Shown: in pieces, positions 38,888 through 38,937 of the stretch
Layout of the letters: the number at the start of each line of letters is the position of its first letter
Numbering within the stretch: position 1 is the stretch's first letter
DNA from: Candidatus Moraniibacteriota bacterium
GTDB lineage: Bacteria > Patescibacteriota > Minisyncoccia > Moranbacterales > UBA1568
Assembly: GCA_049303555.1 (NCBI GenBank)
Contig: JBAQNF010000096.1
Coordinates: forward strand, 1-38,937
Length of the DNA stretch: 38,937 nucleotides
Direction of reading: 5' to 3'
Position numbers and translations under genes: made by a program
Notes under the pieces: model-generated
The model's database searches: none
The model's input: only the letters and a program-made list of their open reading frames with translations
Told to the model about the DNA's origin: nothing

Positions 38888-38937
38888 ATGGTCGAAAAAC
38901 CAAAGAAGAAAAACAAGAGCGGGTCTGGAGTTGATCA
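38888..38937 (+). CDS. 5' end of the junction-spanning ORF (continues at base 1/9)
   Basis: ATG 38888, MVEKPKKKNKSGSGVD..., open to the window end. The last 8 nt equal the first 8 nt and keep the reading frame. Confidence 0.5.
   Translation, partial: MVEKPKKKNKSGSGVD

Overview
The window looks like a complete, or nearly complete, dsDNA tailed-phage genome of about 38.9 kb with a siphovirus-like layout. Every credible gene is on the + strand. The first and last 8 bases are identical (GTTGATCA), and one ORF reads in frame across that junction, so the molecule probably closes into a circle or is circularly permuted, giving about 38,929 bp. Module order: (i) nin-like, recombination and replication genes (about 335-2732: a Cys/His-rich possible His-Me nuclease, a NinB/Orf-like protein, a DnaD/O-like replication organiser). 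(ii) A tightly coupled 4-gene glycan-modification cassette (3328-6017: GT2-like glycosyltransferase, SAM methyltransferase, polysaccharide pyruvyl transferase, Stealth-family hexose-1-phosphotransferase). (iii) A self-contained promoter-gene-terminator unit for a membrane-anchored SLT-like transglycosylase (6020-6676). (iv) A ParB-like protein plus a C5-cytosine DNA methyltransferase (6694-8159). (v) Packaging and head genes (TerS, TerL, portal-MuF fusion, HK97-type protease, HK97-fold major capsid protein). (vi) An unusual insertion in the head module: an S/T-rich protein, a small zinc finger, a beta-helix tailspike-like protein with a low-GC island, and a 584-aa protein made of about 34 tandem 13-16-residue repeats. 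(vii) Connector and tail genes, including a canonical but untracked G/GT -1 frameshift, the tape measure protein, Dit, Tal and a tail-collar fibre. (viii) A lysis cassette (small TM protein, GH25 muramidase, second holin-like protein). (ix) An early/recombination region (GIY-YIG-like protein, SSB, split ParB-like gene, secreted FN3-like protein, PD-(D/E)xK nucleases, RecT/Bet, Cas4/RecB-like exonuclease, sigma region-4-like HTH). I found no integrase, CI-like repressor, tRNA, rRNA, CRISPR array or reverse transcriptase. Gene starts almost never have a Shine-Dalgarno sequence. They carry a conserved A-rich leader instead (AAAACAYYATG; the exact 12-mer AAAACACTATGA occurs 4 times). Non-coding points of interest: a G-quadruplex/iteron/palindrome region (31851-32050), an 82-nt compound hairpin just upstream of ssb, a promoter-plus-terminator-bounded candidate small RNA (about 31192-31349), and two recurring promoter families. 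All functional calls come from motif recognition by eye; no database search was possible.
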